Shown: positions 52,127 to 64,000 of the stretch, in pieces
Layout of the letters: every line of letters starts with the position of its first letter
How positions within the stretch are numbered: position 1 is the first letter of the stretch
Assembly (NCBI GenBank): GCA_051294905.1
Contig: CM119372.1
Location: forward strand, 34,412,001 to 34,476,000
Source: Botryllus schlosseri
Taxonomy: Eukaryota
Reading direction: 5' to 3'
DNA: 64,000 bases
Translations under genes and position numbers: made by a program
The notes under the pieces: generated by a model
Seen by the model: only the letters and a program-made list of their open reading frames with translations
Database searches by the model: none
Told to the model about the DNA's origin: nothing

Positions 52127-55100
52127 CAGTGTAACTCACTACACAAATCAAGTTGAATCGTATTTGAATGTATTGATTCGACCCAACTCAAATCCTTTGA
52201 CAAATCCTATTAACGCGATCTGTTGAATCGAACGTAACCTGAATATTACTGACGCCAACATTCACCCGCATCGGATCATTCACACATTCCACGTCGGTGT
52301 TTTAACACTTATAGAATCAATACCAACTATCTCTAACCCGATAATATTCAATCATTTTGGTAATTTGCCAACTTTAAATCCATTCGCGGGATGTACTAAA
52401 GGTAAATCCAAATAATCCAGAATGAAATATTTGGACTTCGACATTGCGTGAATTGAAATAGGTTTGACAAACATGACTACCAACTTTCACCCAGTCACAT
52501 TTCAAGATTATACTTTGAAACAATCCTTGAAACTGACAACTCTATTCACGACTCCGTTTCCGTTTGTAAAATAGAGTTTCAGAAATACTATCACTATGAC
52601 AACTCAACATTTTAACATCTCACCATGCAGAAACGAGTTAAATACAAAAACCTTGGTAAGTCAATCCGTTTGTAGTAACTCACCAAACCAAAACAAAAAG
52701 TGTCCGTATGAAAAGTAGACAAGACTACGCGAGTAATCACTACAACCCACAAACATACCAACTCAGTTGTATCCATATCCCATATTTTTTATTCAACTGT
52801 AACATGAAGTAATTACTACTTGGCGCGCGGTTTGAGATTAACACATTACATTTGAGTATACGAGATTTGAATGTCTGACCAACGTAGTTGAGAATTCTTA
52901 CAATCGAACGATGGTGTTATATTCAAAGTTATCATGCTGTGAACATAAGGATTGACGCATTGATTTGACATATGAGATTTGTAATAGTTGATCATTACTT
53001 GATTATTAAATTATGACATTATTAGACCAGGGTTGTGTTGAAGGTTATTACGATACCAACAAACTTTTCAGAAACATTGTTATTAACATATCGATTTGTA
53101 AAACTAGATTAACATGTCTGAAATGTTTTGGTTGGGAAGATTATGCCGTGTTCGTAAAAACCACGCAGCGTATTGTGGAAATCAGGAAATAATTTACAAA
53201 TGTAATTGTCTCCAGTAACCAAGACTAAAGATGAAACAACAATTTTCTTTGTTGAACAATAACCGGTATAATACTTTATCGTCGTAATCTGCGGTGGGAA
53301 TTGAAACACTTTCGCACATTTCCCGGTGTCAAGATATCACACTAGGTGAATTGACATATCGCCGCTTGATTAATGCTTAATCCGTTCGCGCCATTTCACA
53401 CACTTTGATCATTACAAAAAACAAATTGGAATATGTTTGCTATATGCATTCAATTCGGTTAGAAATGTCTGGTACACAACAATCGTAATATCAATGAAGT
53501 ACTTGCTACACTGTAATTCACTTAACGTGTTTTGCATTGTTGATCATTTGTAGTATTGATTGTTTTTGAACCCCCGAATAATAATTCCCCGACATGAAAC
53601 CAAACCGTTGAAAGTCGTTACCATCACAACGAAACAATTTGTACGATGTTTGCTAAATGTATCCTATAGTTAGGTGTACTAGAATTATTTGTCTAACACA
53701 TACACCGACAATGCAATCGAAAATTTTTCCGTTGTCATTGCTAGAGTAAATGTCATCACAATACTCTGTCACTAAAAGACGTTACTTGTATGTGATTGAA
53801 TCCCTAACAATTATCTCACTAAACCGAACTCCAAAGAAATTTTACTCACTCGACGGATATGAAACAGCGTCGCTTAATCGGTCTATATCGTTTTTCTAAA
53901 GGTAAATCATATCCATCCAATAGAAAACAATTTTCACTAGCTTGGTAATGAAACCGAAGTCTTCAGTCGATATTTTGTTTGTGTCAAATACTTTGTAATA
54001 AACACATTTGAGTGGTTGAGCTTTACATCATCAAGCTGTCATCTGTAAATCGAGATTACATCCGACTTGTAACTCTATCGTTTAACTAACCGAGTTGTAT
54101 GCACAGTTTGATATTTTGGTCATTTAGTGATTGCTGAACATACCAAACGATGCACACCCACCGCCGAAATACTGCGTTGATCTTAATTTCCATCATCGTG
54201 ATAATCGAAGTACATTTCTTTCGAATTCGTAACAACCGACTACGACATGATAAATTTTTGACAAGTTTACTTAGAAGGTTTGTTGCATATCGCGAAAAAT
54301 AATATACCACTCATATTGATACTGTTACTTCATTGATCGATATTTTTAAACGAGTAAAATTTATTACTTGAGTTTCTCCGCTTAATGTAAATGTAAACTC
54401 AGTCGTCTTTTAACATCACAAATACATTGATAAAAAGTAGGCAATCAAACACAACACTTTGTACGACACTAATTATTGTTCCACACATCTCATTTCATAC
54501 TAAGTGTATACGAAAGATATTCACGACACATGAAAATATTCGCTCATGCTACGAACATACGCAATGATTGGTGGTGCTTTCAAACTGTTTCGATATCACA
54601 AGAACTTTATTGTCTGAATGGGTGTTCATGTATCTTAATAATCAAATAGTTCAACACAGAACTAGTACTAACAGAAACATCAGAGAGTTGTTTACACAAA
54701 AGTTTGTATGTGTACAGTATGCGAATACCATGTGTAAGTCCAGCACAATTGCAGTATCCATCCGAGTTTAGTCAACACAAATTTATTACAACGGAGCCAC
54801 GTAAACTTTCGTGAAAGAAAAGCATACTCACTTCCAGAGGGTTATGTCAACACCATAGCAGTAAATCAGCTACTCCAACAACAAAGTACATATGTTTCTA
54901 GCCACGATCCTTACATCTTTCACATAGATCAATCTAGTTTGCTAACGAAATGTGCTGAGTCATCACACGATTGCCCTCACAACAAAACAGCTAGAAGATA
55001 TTATCATACAAAAATATTCCTAACCCTTTGCGCACCAGTGACAAATCATACAACAAACATTTTTTGTGAGGTGAATTGTTGTTCAGTGTCAAGTCTACCT

Positions 55101-55709
55101 GTTGAAACGTACATTAAAACAACACAGTCACAATTCAATTAAAACCACGAATCTATTTTCATTTCGTCACATACAGAAAAATAAATTTTCTTTCCCGAAC
55201 ACATACTTGTAACCAATCGCTTTCATTAAACACACATCTCCATAAAAGTATTTACTTTCTACAGCATAGACAGTCCGATGTAGTCAAGAAATATTTTTAT
55301 TAATCAAAATCATCGATTTCTGTTCACGGCGTTAGTGTGTGCATGTCATACCTGTGGGCCCCGTATTAAAATGGACAAGACACGACTGAATGTAAGGGGG
55401 TAGAAGTCTATCACATCGATTTACATGTGGTCCTCGCTACGGTTTCAAAAAACGAATCATATATTTTGCATTGGTCGAGACCGAGCGAACCAGTTACATG
55501 TATTCGCGGTAATGATTTTGCTTGTCATATGCGAATGATAGGGTTGCTACTCCGACAAATCAAATCAACATACAACAATCTTCTGACGATCATAATAGCA
55601 ATTTCATTTTCCACCCCTTCGTAACTGTATACCCACGAAAAGTATATGGTACAACTCGGTAACTACGTTTAACAAGACCAATCACACTACCAGCGTTGAA
55701 CACAAGATA

Positions 55710-56365
55710 CCTACCCAAGTAAAAATATCATTCTGGTTTGGACAACTGACGTTTACCTGTGTAAAACTATCATTTTCACTTGGAGGTCCACCGTTACCTA
55801 ACTAAAATACCATTGTCCTTTGGAGATTTATCGTTTACCCAGTGTAACAATCCCCTTTTCCTTTGGAAATATATTTTTTTCTCTGGGTAACAAACTTTTT
55901 CACTTGGAAATATATTTTTTTCCCTGGATAACAATCCTTTTTCACTTGGAAATATATTTTTTCCCTGGATAACAATCCTTTTTCACTTGGAAATATATTT
56001 TTTCTCTGGGTAACAAACCTTTTTCACTTGGAAATATATTTTTTCCCTGGATAACAATCCTTTTTCACTTGGAAATATATTTTTTCTCTGGGTAACAAAC
56101 CTTTTTCACTTGGAAATATATTTTTTCTCTTGGTAATAAACCTTTTTCACTTGGAAATATATTTTTTCTCTGAGTAACAAACCTTTTTCACTTGGGAATA
56201 TATTTTTTCTCTGGATAACAAACCATTTTCACTTGGTGGGTCGTCGTTTACCTTAGTAAAAATATTATTTTCCTTTGGAGATCCGGCGTTTACCCAGGGT
56301 AACAATACATTTTCTCTTGTCCATCTAGCTTTTCCCAGAGTAACAAAACCATTTTCATTTTGAAA
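55710..56365. repeat. 41-42 bp tandem array, copy D left arm (mirror at ~58763-59335, two units shorter)
   Basis: Same unit as in copies B and C. Confidence 0.9.
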
Positions 56366-57622
56366 TCTGACAAACACACCTGACAATTTGGTATTTGTTG
56401 TATTGACGATAGTTTGAAATAGATTACAACGAACAGTGACGGAAATATACACGGACTACCGGTTTCAGAGTATACCTCCATCAGTCGTATCACATCAATA
56501 TCATCGGTTAACCACATACAATATGCTCTTGTACACAGAAATGTATGTTCTGGAAAATTGGACAATAGGCTTCGATAGTTCTGTGATGTCCGGGTTCGTG
56601 CTTTGGATTTTCCAGAGTCAAAATGTCTGAATAAAACACCTCCTCGACGAAGGTTGGTATGTGGATAACGGTGTTCGGAAAACGGTTGGATTTATGTCAC
56701 CCATCGCGATAACAATTCCGAGTCGAGTTTTCTCCCGCATGTTTACTATATTGTGTCTTTATTGGTCAATGTATGTCTCGACATTCAGTTTGAAATCCGA
56801 AACCCTGATAAAGTATGTAACCGGATCCGGATATCAACTCTGAATCGATAAACCAATGAACAATATTCAAAGTAAACATGTTACACCCTGTGTTTCCACG
56901 AAAAAATACCATCCAGACATACGTCGCGCTTGTTTGCCCACACCAGTATACGCGTAAATGGAGGGGTGTGACATTGCATGCAATGTGTTGGTATACAAAC
57001 ATCGATCCACAGACATTATCATAGCCGGTAGTTTTGATGTAGATCGAATGTTATCACACCCGATAACAATACCAATAAGCCACATTGCAATGACTCTGAG
57101 TCTGCGCTATTACATCGATATTTCGACACCGTTCACTGATTTACTCGATGGTGTTATCGTGTTGTAACATTACAAGATAGTCATGACCCTATCTCCGGAC
57201 AGATCACCCAGACCAATTGGATACATCGGTCGATATCCATCGTGTTGTCGACACCGAAGTTTTCTGCTGAGACTGCAGCGTTTGACCAATGTGAACTATC
57301 GAAGTACGGTGCTCGAAATGATTGCAATCAGTCTTTCATTCACGATGCATGGACATCGCTACTCCCACATAACGACTCCAAATAAATATCGTGCAAATCT
57401 CGGACTGATACTGTGATCCAATAAGGTGTGTTTCTGTGGAATGAAGACTGCAATCGTACACCACAATAGAACACTACCTCGTGATTTCACACGCAAGCAT
57501 ATTACACACTTTCGTAAGGGTCTAGTTCGTCCGGCGACATTTCGAAACGGTCATCGCCACAGGAGATCGAGGTTGGTCTCGTCATATCGAAGCATTTTGA
57601 AACTGTCATCACCACAAGGCTA

Positions 57623-57918
57623 TTGACGTCGATTCTGTTGGTCATGTCAATCCGTTTCACAATCCACCGTTTTTCAACTCCCCGCACCATAGTGTTACGA
57701 CACAGACAAGAAGCGTCGGTGGAAATAATAAAACACGGAAAGCACACTTTGGTGTTATTTGACATGGATTTTACACCAGACGAACCTTACATTCGAGCGA
57801 TGCATTGGAATGACGCTTGTATTATTGACGTAGAAGGAACAGAAATGTATCGATTTATTGGTTTCGTACATATCCAACAAAAAGCTGGTATATGATTGTG
57901 CACGGTTCGCATATTTGA
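57623..57918 (+). pseudogene. Central-spacer gene of unknown function in copy D (1-bp frameshift near C-terminus)
   Basis: RFTIHRFSTPRTIVLRHRQEASVEIIK...DFTPDEPYIRAMHWND...EMYRFIGFV matches the copy C spacer peptide. Confidence 0.6.
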
Positions 57919-60900
57919 CTGTGAACGCAATATTGATATATGTTGTAAAGTTCACTTTCACCGTTGTGCGAATAACCCATGTTACGGTTCCATGTTTGTG
58001 TGTCTGTATGTCCTGCTTCAGATTGATTCAGAGTCATTGCAATGTGGCTTATTGGTATTGTTATCGGGTGTGATAACATTCGATCTACATCAAAACTACC
58101 GGCTATGATAATGTCTGTGGATCGATGTTTGTATACCAACACATTGCATGCAATGTCACACCCCTCCATTTACGCGTATACTGGTGTGGGCAAACAAGCG
58201 CGACGTATGTCTGGATGGTATTTTTTCGTGGAAACACAGGGTGTAACATGTTTACTTTGAATATTGTTCATTGGTTTATCGATTCAGAGTTGATATCCGG
58301 ATCCGGTTACATACTTTATCAGGGTTTCGGATTTCAAACTGAATGTCGAGACATACATTGACCAATAAAGACACAATATAGTAAACATGCGGGAGAAAAC
58401 TCGACTCGGAATTGTTATCGCGATGGGTGACATAAATCCAACCGTTTTCCGAACACCGTTATCCACATACCAACCTTCGTCGAGGAGGTGTTTTATTCAG
58501 ACATTTTGACTCTGGAAAATCCAAAGCACGAACCCGGACATCACAGAACTATCGAAGCCTATTGTCCAATTTTCCAGAACATACATTTCTGTGTACAAGA
58601 GCATATTGTATGTGGTTAACCGATGATATTGATGTGATACGACTGATGGAGGTATACTCTGAAACCGGTAGTCCGTGTATATTTCCGTCACTGTTCGTTG
58701 TAATCTATTTCAAACTATCGTCAATACAACAAATACCAAATTGTCAGGTGTGTTTGTCAGATTTCAAAATGAAAATGGTTTTGTTACTCTGGGAAAAGCT
58801 AGATGGACAAGAGAAAATGTATTGTTACCCTGGGTAAACGCCGGATCTCCAAAGGAAAATAATATTTTTACTAAGGTAAACGACGACCCACCAAGTGAAA
58901 ATGGTTTGTTATCCAGAGAAAAAATATATTCCCAAGTGAAAAAGGTTTGTTACCCAGAGAAAAAATATATTTCCAAGTGAAAAAGGATTGTTATCCAGGG
59001 AAAAAATATATTTCCAAGTGAAAAAGGTTTGTTACCCAGAGAAAAAATATATTTCCAAGTGAAAAAGGATTGTTATCCAGGGAAAAAATATATTTCCAAG
59101 TGAAAAAGGATTGTTATCCAGGGAAAAAATATATTTCCAAGTGAAAAAGTTTGTTACCCAGAGAAAAAAATATATTTCCAAAGGAAAAGGGGATTGTTAC
59201 ACTGGGTAAACGATAAATCTCCAAAGGACAATGGTATTTTAGTTAGGTAACGGTGGACCTCCAAGTGAAAATGATAGTTTTACACAGGTAAACGTCAGTT
59301 GTCCAAACCAGAATGATATTTTTACTTGGGTAGGTATCTTGTGTTCAACGCTGGTAGTGTGATTGGTCTTGTTAAACGTAGTTACCGAGTTGTACCATAT
59401 ACTTTTCGTGGGTATACAGTTACGAAGGGGTGGAAAATGAAATTGCTATTATGATCGTCAGAAGATTGTTGTATGTTGATTTGATTTGTCGGAGTAGCAA
59501 CCCTATCATTCGCATATGACAAGCAAAATCATTACCGCGAATACATGTAACTGGTTCGCTCGGTCTCGACCAATGCAAAATATATGATTCGTTTTTTGAA
59601 ACCGTAGCGAGGACCACATGTAAATCGATGTGATAGACTTCTACCCCCTTACATTCAGTCGTGTCTTGTCCATTTTAATACGGGGCCCACAGGTATGACA
59701 TGCACACACTAACGCCGTGAACAGAAATCGATGATTTTGATTAATAAAAATATTTCTTGACTACATCGGACTGTCTATGCTGTAGAAAGTAAATACTTTT
59801 ATGGAGATGTGTGTTTAATGAAAGCGATTGGTTACAAGTATGTGTTCGGGAAAGAAAATTTATTTTTCTGTATGTGACGAAATGAAAATAGATTCGTGGT
59901 TTTAATTGAATTGTGACTGTGTTGTTTTAATGTACGTTTCAACAGGTAGACTTGACACTGAACAACAATTCACCTCACAAAAAATGTTTGTTGTATGATT
60001 TGTCACTGGTGCGCAAAGGGTTAGGAATATTTTTGTATGATAATATCTTCTAGCTGTTTTGTTGTGAGGGCAATCGTGTGATGACTCAGCACATTTCGTT
60101 AGCAAACTAGATTGATCTATGTGAAAGATGTAAGGATCGTGGCTAGAAACATATGTACTTTGTTGTTGGAGTAGCTGATTTACTGCTATGGTGTTGACAT
60201 AACCCTCTGGAAGTGAGTATGCTTTTCTTTCACGAAAGTTTACGTGGCTCCGTTGTAATAAATTTGTGTTGACTAAACTCGGATGGATACTGCAATTGTG
60301 CTGGACTTACACATGGTATTCGCATACTGTACACATACAAACTTTTGTGTAAACAACTCTCTGATGTTTCTGTTAGTACTAGTTCTGTGTTGAACTATTT
60401 GATTATTAAGATACATGAACACCCATTCAGACAATAAAGTTCTTGTGATATCGAAACAGTTTGAAAGCACCACCAATCATTGCGTATGTTCGTAGCATGA
60501 GCGAATATTTTCATGTGTCGTGAATATCTTTCGTATACACTTAGTATGAAATGAGATGTGTGGAACAATAATTAGTGTCGTACAAAGTGTTGTGTTTGAT
60601 TGCCTACTTTTTATCAATGTATTTGTGATGTTAAAAGACGACTGAGTTTACATTTACATTAAGCGGAGAAACTCAAGTAATAAATTTTACTCGTTTAAAA
60701 ATATCGATCAATGAAGTAACAGTATCAATATGAGTGGTATATTATTTTTCGCGATATGCAACAAACCTTCTAAGTAAACTTGTCAAAAATTTATCATGTC
60801 GTAGTCGGTTGTTACGAATTCGAAAGAAATGTACTTCGATTATCACGATGATGGAAATTAAGATCAACGCAGTATTTCGGCGGTGGGTGTGCATCGTTTG

Positions 60901-62916
60901 GTATGTTCAGCAATCACTAAATGACCAAAATATCAAACTGTGCATACAACTCGGTTAGTTAAACGATAGAGTTACAAGTCGGATGTAATCTCGATTTACA
61001 GATGACAGCTTGATGATGTAAAGCTCAACCACTCAAATGTGTTTATTACAAAGTATTTGACACAAACAAAATATCGACTGAAGACTTCGGTTTCATTACC
61101 AAGCTAGTGAAAATTGTTTTCTATTGGATGGATATGATTTACCTTTAGAAAAACGATATAGACCGATTAAGCGACGCTGTTTCATATCCGTCGAGTGAGT
61201 AAAATTTCTTTGGAGTTCGGTTTAGTGAGATAATTGTTAGGGATTCAATCACATACAAGTAACGTCTTTTAGTGACAGAGTATTGTGATGACATTTACTC
61301 TAGCAATGACAACGGAAAATTTTCGATTGCATTGTCGGTGTATGTGTTAGACAAATAATTCTAGTACACCTAACTATAGGATACATTTAGCAAACATCGT
61401 ACAAATTGTTTCGTTGTGATGGTAACGACTTTCAACGGTTTGGTTTCATGTCGGGGAATTATTATTCGGGGGTTCAAAAACAATCAATACTACAAATGAT
61501 CAACAATGCAAAACACGTTAAGTGAATTACAGTGTAGCAAGTACTTCATTGATATTACGATTGTTGTGTACCAGACATTTCTAACCGAATTGAATGCATA
61601 TAGCAAACATATTCCAATTTGTTTTTTGTAATGATCAAAGTGTGTGAAATGGCGCGAACGGATTAAGCATTAATCAAGCGGCGATATGTCAATTCACCTA
61701 GTGTGATATCTTGACACCGGGAAATGTGCGAAAGTGTTTCAATTCCCACCGCAGATTACGACGATAAAGTATTATACCGGTTATTGTTCAACAAAGAAAA
61801 TTGTTGTTTCATCTTTAGTCTTGGTTACTGGAGACAATTACATTTGTAAATTATTTCCTGATTTCCACAATACGCTGCGTGGTTTTTACGAACACGGCAT
61901 AATCTTCCCAACCAAAACATTTCAGACATGTTAATCTAGTTTTACAAATCGATATGTTAATAACAATGTTTCTGAAAAGTTTGTTGGTATCGTAATAACC
62001 TTCAACACAACCCTGGTCTAATAATGTCATAATTTAATAATCAAGTAATGATCAACTATTACAAATCTCATATGTCAAATCAATGCGTCAATCCTTATGT
62101 TCACAGCATGATAACTTTGAATATAACACCATCGTTCGATTGTAAGAATTCTCAACTACGTTGGTCAGACATTCAAATCTCGTATACTCAAATGTAATGT
62201 GTTAATCTCAAACCGCGCGCCAAGTAGTAATTACTTCATGTTACAGTTGAATAAAAAATATGGGATATGGATACAACTGAGTTGGTATGTTTGTGGGTTG
62301 TAGTGATTACTCGCGTAGTCTTGTCTACTTTTCATACGGACACTTTTTGTTTTGGTTTGGTGAGTTACTACAAACGGATTGACTTACCAAGGTTTTTGTA
62401 TTTAACTCGTTTCTGCATGGTGAGATGTTAAAATGTTGAGTTGTCATAGTGATAGTATTTCTGAAACTCTATTTTACAAACGGAAACGGAGTCGTGAATA
62501 GAGTTGTCAGTTTCAAGGATTGTTTCAAAGTATAATCTTGAAATGTGACTGGGTGAAAGTTGGTAGTCATGTTTGTCAAACCTATTTCAATTCACGCAAT
62601 GTCGAAGTCCAAATATTTCATTCTGGATTATTTGGATTTACCTTTAGTACATCCCGCGAATGGATTTAAAGTTGGCAAATTACCAAAATGATTGAATATT
62701 ATCGGGTTAGAGATAGTTGGTATTGATTCTATAAGTGTTAAAACACCGACGTGGAATGTGTGAATGATCCGATGCGGGTGAATGTTGGCGTCAGTAATAT
62801 TCAGGTTACGTTCGATTCAACAGATCGCGTTAATAGGATTTGTCAAAGGATTTGAGTTGGGTCGAATCAATACATTCAAATACGATTCAACTTGATTTGT
62901 GTAGTGAGTTACACTG

Positions 62917-63552
62917 ATGACTCCCACTTTATCAAACGATATGGCATCGAACAGCGTCAACACTATGCAAGTCGGAGCAACTTCAAATTTTCACGTCGGC
63001 GTCAAATTCGTCTCATCACCCAAAAGAGGTGGCGTTAGCCAATATCTCAAAGGTATATTCATCGACGGTAATAACGAAGAGATATCTTTCACGTGTTTCA
63101 ATCGTGAATTGTTCGGGGTCATTGAGAAAGCATTCTCCAAACGAAAAAAACTCATGGTCAAATCCGGTTGGGTCCAAATTGACAAGTTTACTGGAAAACC
63201 TGCTGTATTACTGGGACGGGCTTCGTCAGTAACCACGCATGGAAAATCGAGACATACGACTGAAGAATACCCATTATTGACCTGCGAATCGGTATACGGG
63301 AATAAAGATGAATACGTTTCGATCGCCGCTACTTGTGTTTCTCGAGAGGAGAAGATGGTCAATTCTGGGGCCGGAAAGGAGTTGAAATTATACAGTTTTA
63401 CATTGAAGGATGATACTGGTGAGGTGGTTTTGGATCAATGGAACAAAGCCTCGCTCGTACCCGGGAAGAAATATCAACTCACTCGTGTTAAAAACTGTGT
63501 CGGCAGCTTGAAAATCGATTCGTTAACTAGACTTGTTGAATTGAAAGAATAG
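62917..63552 (+). CDS. Tandem OB-fold protein, identical mirror copy of 51491-52126
   Basis: Identical 211-aa translation. Confidence 0.7.
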   Translation: MTPTLSNDMASNSVNTMQVGATSNFHVGVKFVSSPKRGGVSQYLKGIFIDGNNEEISFTCFNRELFGVIEKAFSKRKKLMVKSGWVQIDKFTGKPAVLLGRASSVTTHGKSRHTTEEYPLLTCESVYGNKDEYVSIAATCVSREEKMVNSGAGKELKLYSFTLKDDTGEVVLDQWNKASLVPGKKYQLTRVKNCVGSLKIDSLTRLVELKE

Positions 63553-64000
63553 TTTGCATATTTGTATACCACAATACAATATTTCATTTCGCGTAAAATG
63601 TATGACCTATGTGATTCGCCAACTGCGTTAGTGCGGTGTTGTTCTACTGATCGAGGTGTGAAAATTGTGCTATCGCGATGAAGTTGAGACTGTGAACAGC
63701 AGACTATTTTGTACGCGCGAAACAGCGAATAAGCCGAAAGTATTATTCAGCTAGCAATCAATAGCGAGGAAAGAGAGAACACGATCGGTCATTTGATACG
63801 ACTAAACTACGACATCATATATCATAATTTACGATCAAACTATTTCACACTGACCGGTCTAGTGTAATAATCGATAGTAGCGACTAGACGAGAAATAAGT
63901 CAGCGCGCAGGTCATTCGAAATATAGGTCGCACGCGTAATCCTCACAACAAACCACGTTTCCGTCCGCGCGGTTATTGTTGGTGACTCGTACATATTCAA

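Larger units (their letters stand above)
50609..64000. mobile_element. Copy D: giant palindromic AGT-terminated element (left arm 50609-57099, spacer 57100-58027, right arm 58028 to beyond the window; predicted end ~64434)
   Basis: Starts AGTAGTTATATAGATCGG. ORFs in 51491-57099 are mirrored in 58028-63552. Coordinate sums of 115127, 115044 and 115043 show an 83-bp array difference and a 1-bp indel. Confidence 0.93.

Noticed and set aside
55710..56365. 41-42 bp array as a CRISPR array or a repeat-protein gene
   Set aside because: Units are tandem near-copies with no unique spacers, and no cas genes are present. 41-bp units break the frame and contain stops.
50609..64000. Palindromes as pure assembly or fold-back artefacts
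   Set aside because: Disfavoured because two diverged elements share a homologous spacer and similar arm length, and the arms differ in repeat number and a few bases. Not fully excluded without reads.

Overview
AT-rich, repeat-dense eukaryotic DNA, probably from an invertebrate animal. No intact host gene is recognisable. The window holds four diverged copies (A 1-2297, B 6576-13847, C 41730-50608, D 50609->64000) of one large element family with AGTAGT-type termini resembling Maverick/Polinton ends. C and D are giant palindromes: near-identical inverted arms (complete left arms ~6.45-6.5 kb) around a ~0.93-0.96 kb central spacer that is homologous between C and D. The arms carry copy-specific subterminal repeat motifs, a 41-42 bp array and decayed ORFs. 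D alone carries an intact intronless tandem OB-fold (RPA/SSB-like) gene, once in each arm. The middle of the window has a Ty3/Gypsy element nested in another, both with 5-bp TSDs. Both lack a tRNA PBS and instead show LTR-complementary (self-priming-like) sequence. Also present: a truncated THAP transposase gene, Penelope-like GIY-YIG fragments with inverted repeats, piggyBac and hAT non-autonomous elements, a tRNA-SINE head, a ~150 bp tandem array and a compound microsatellite. All alignments and counts were done by eye.
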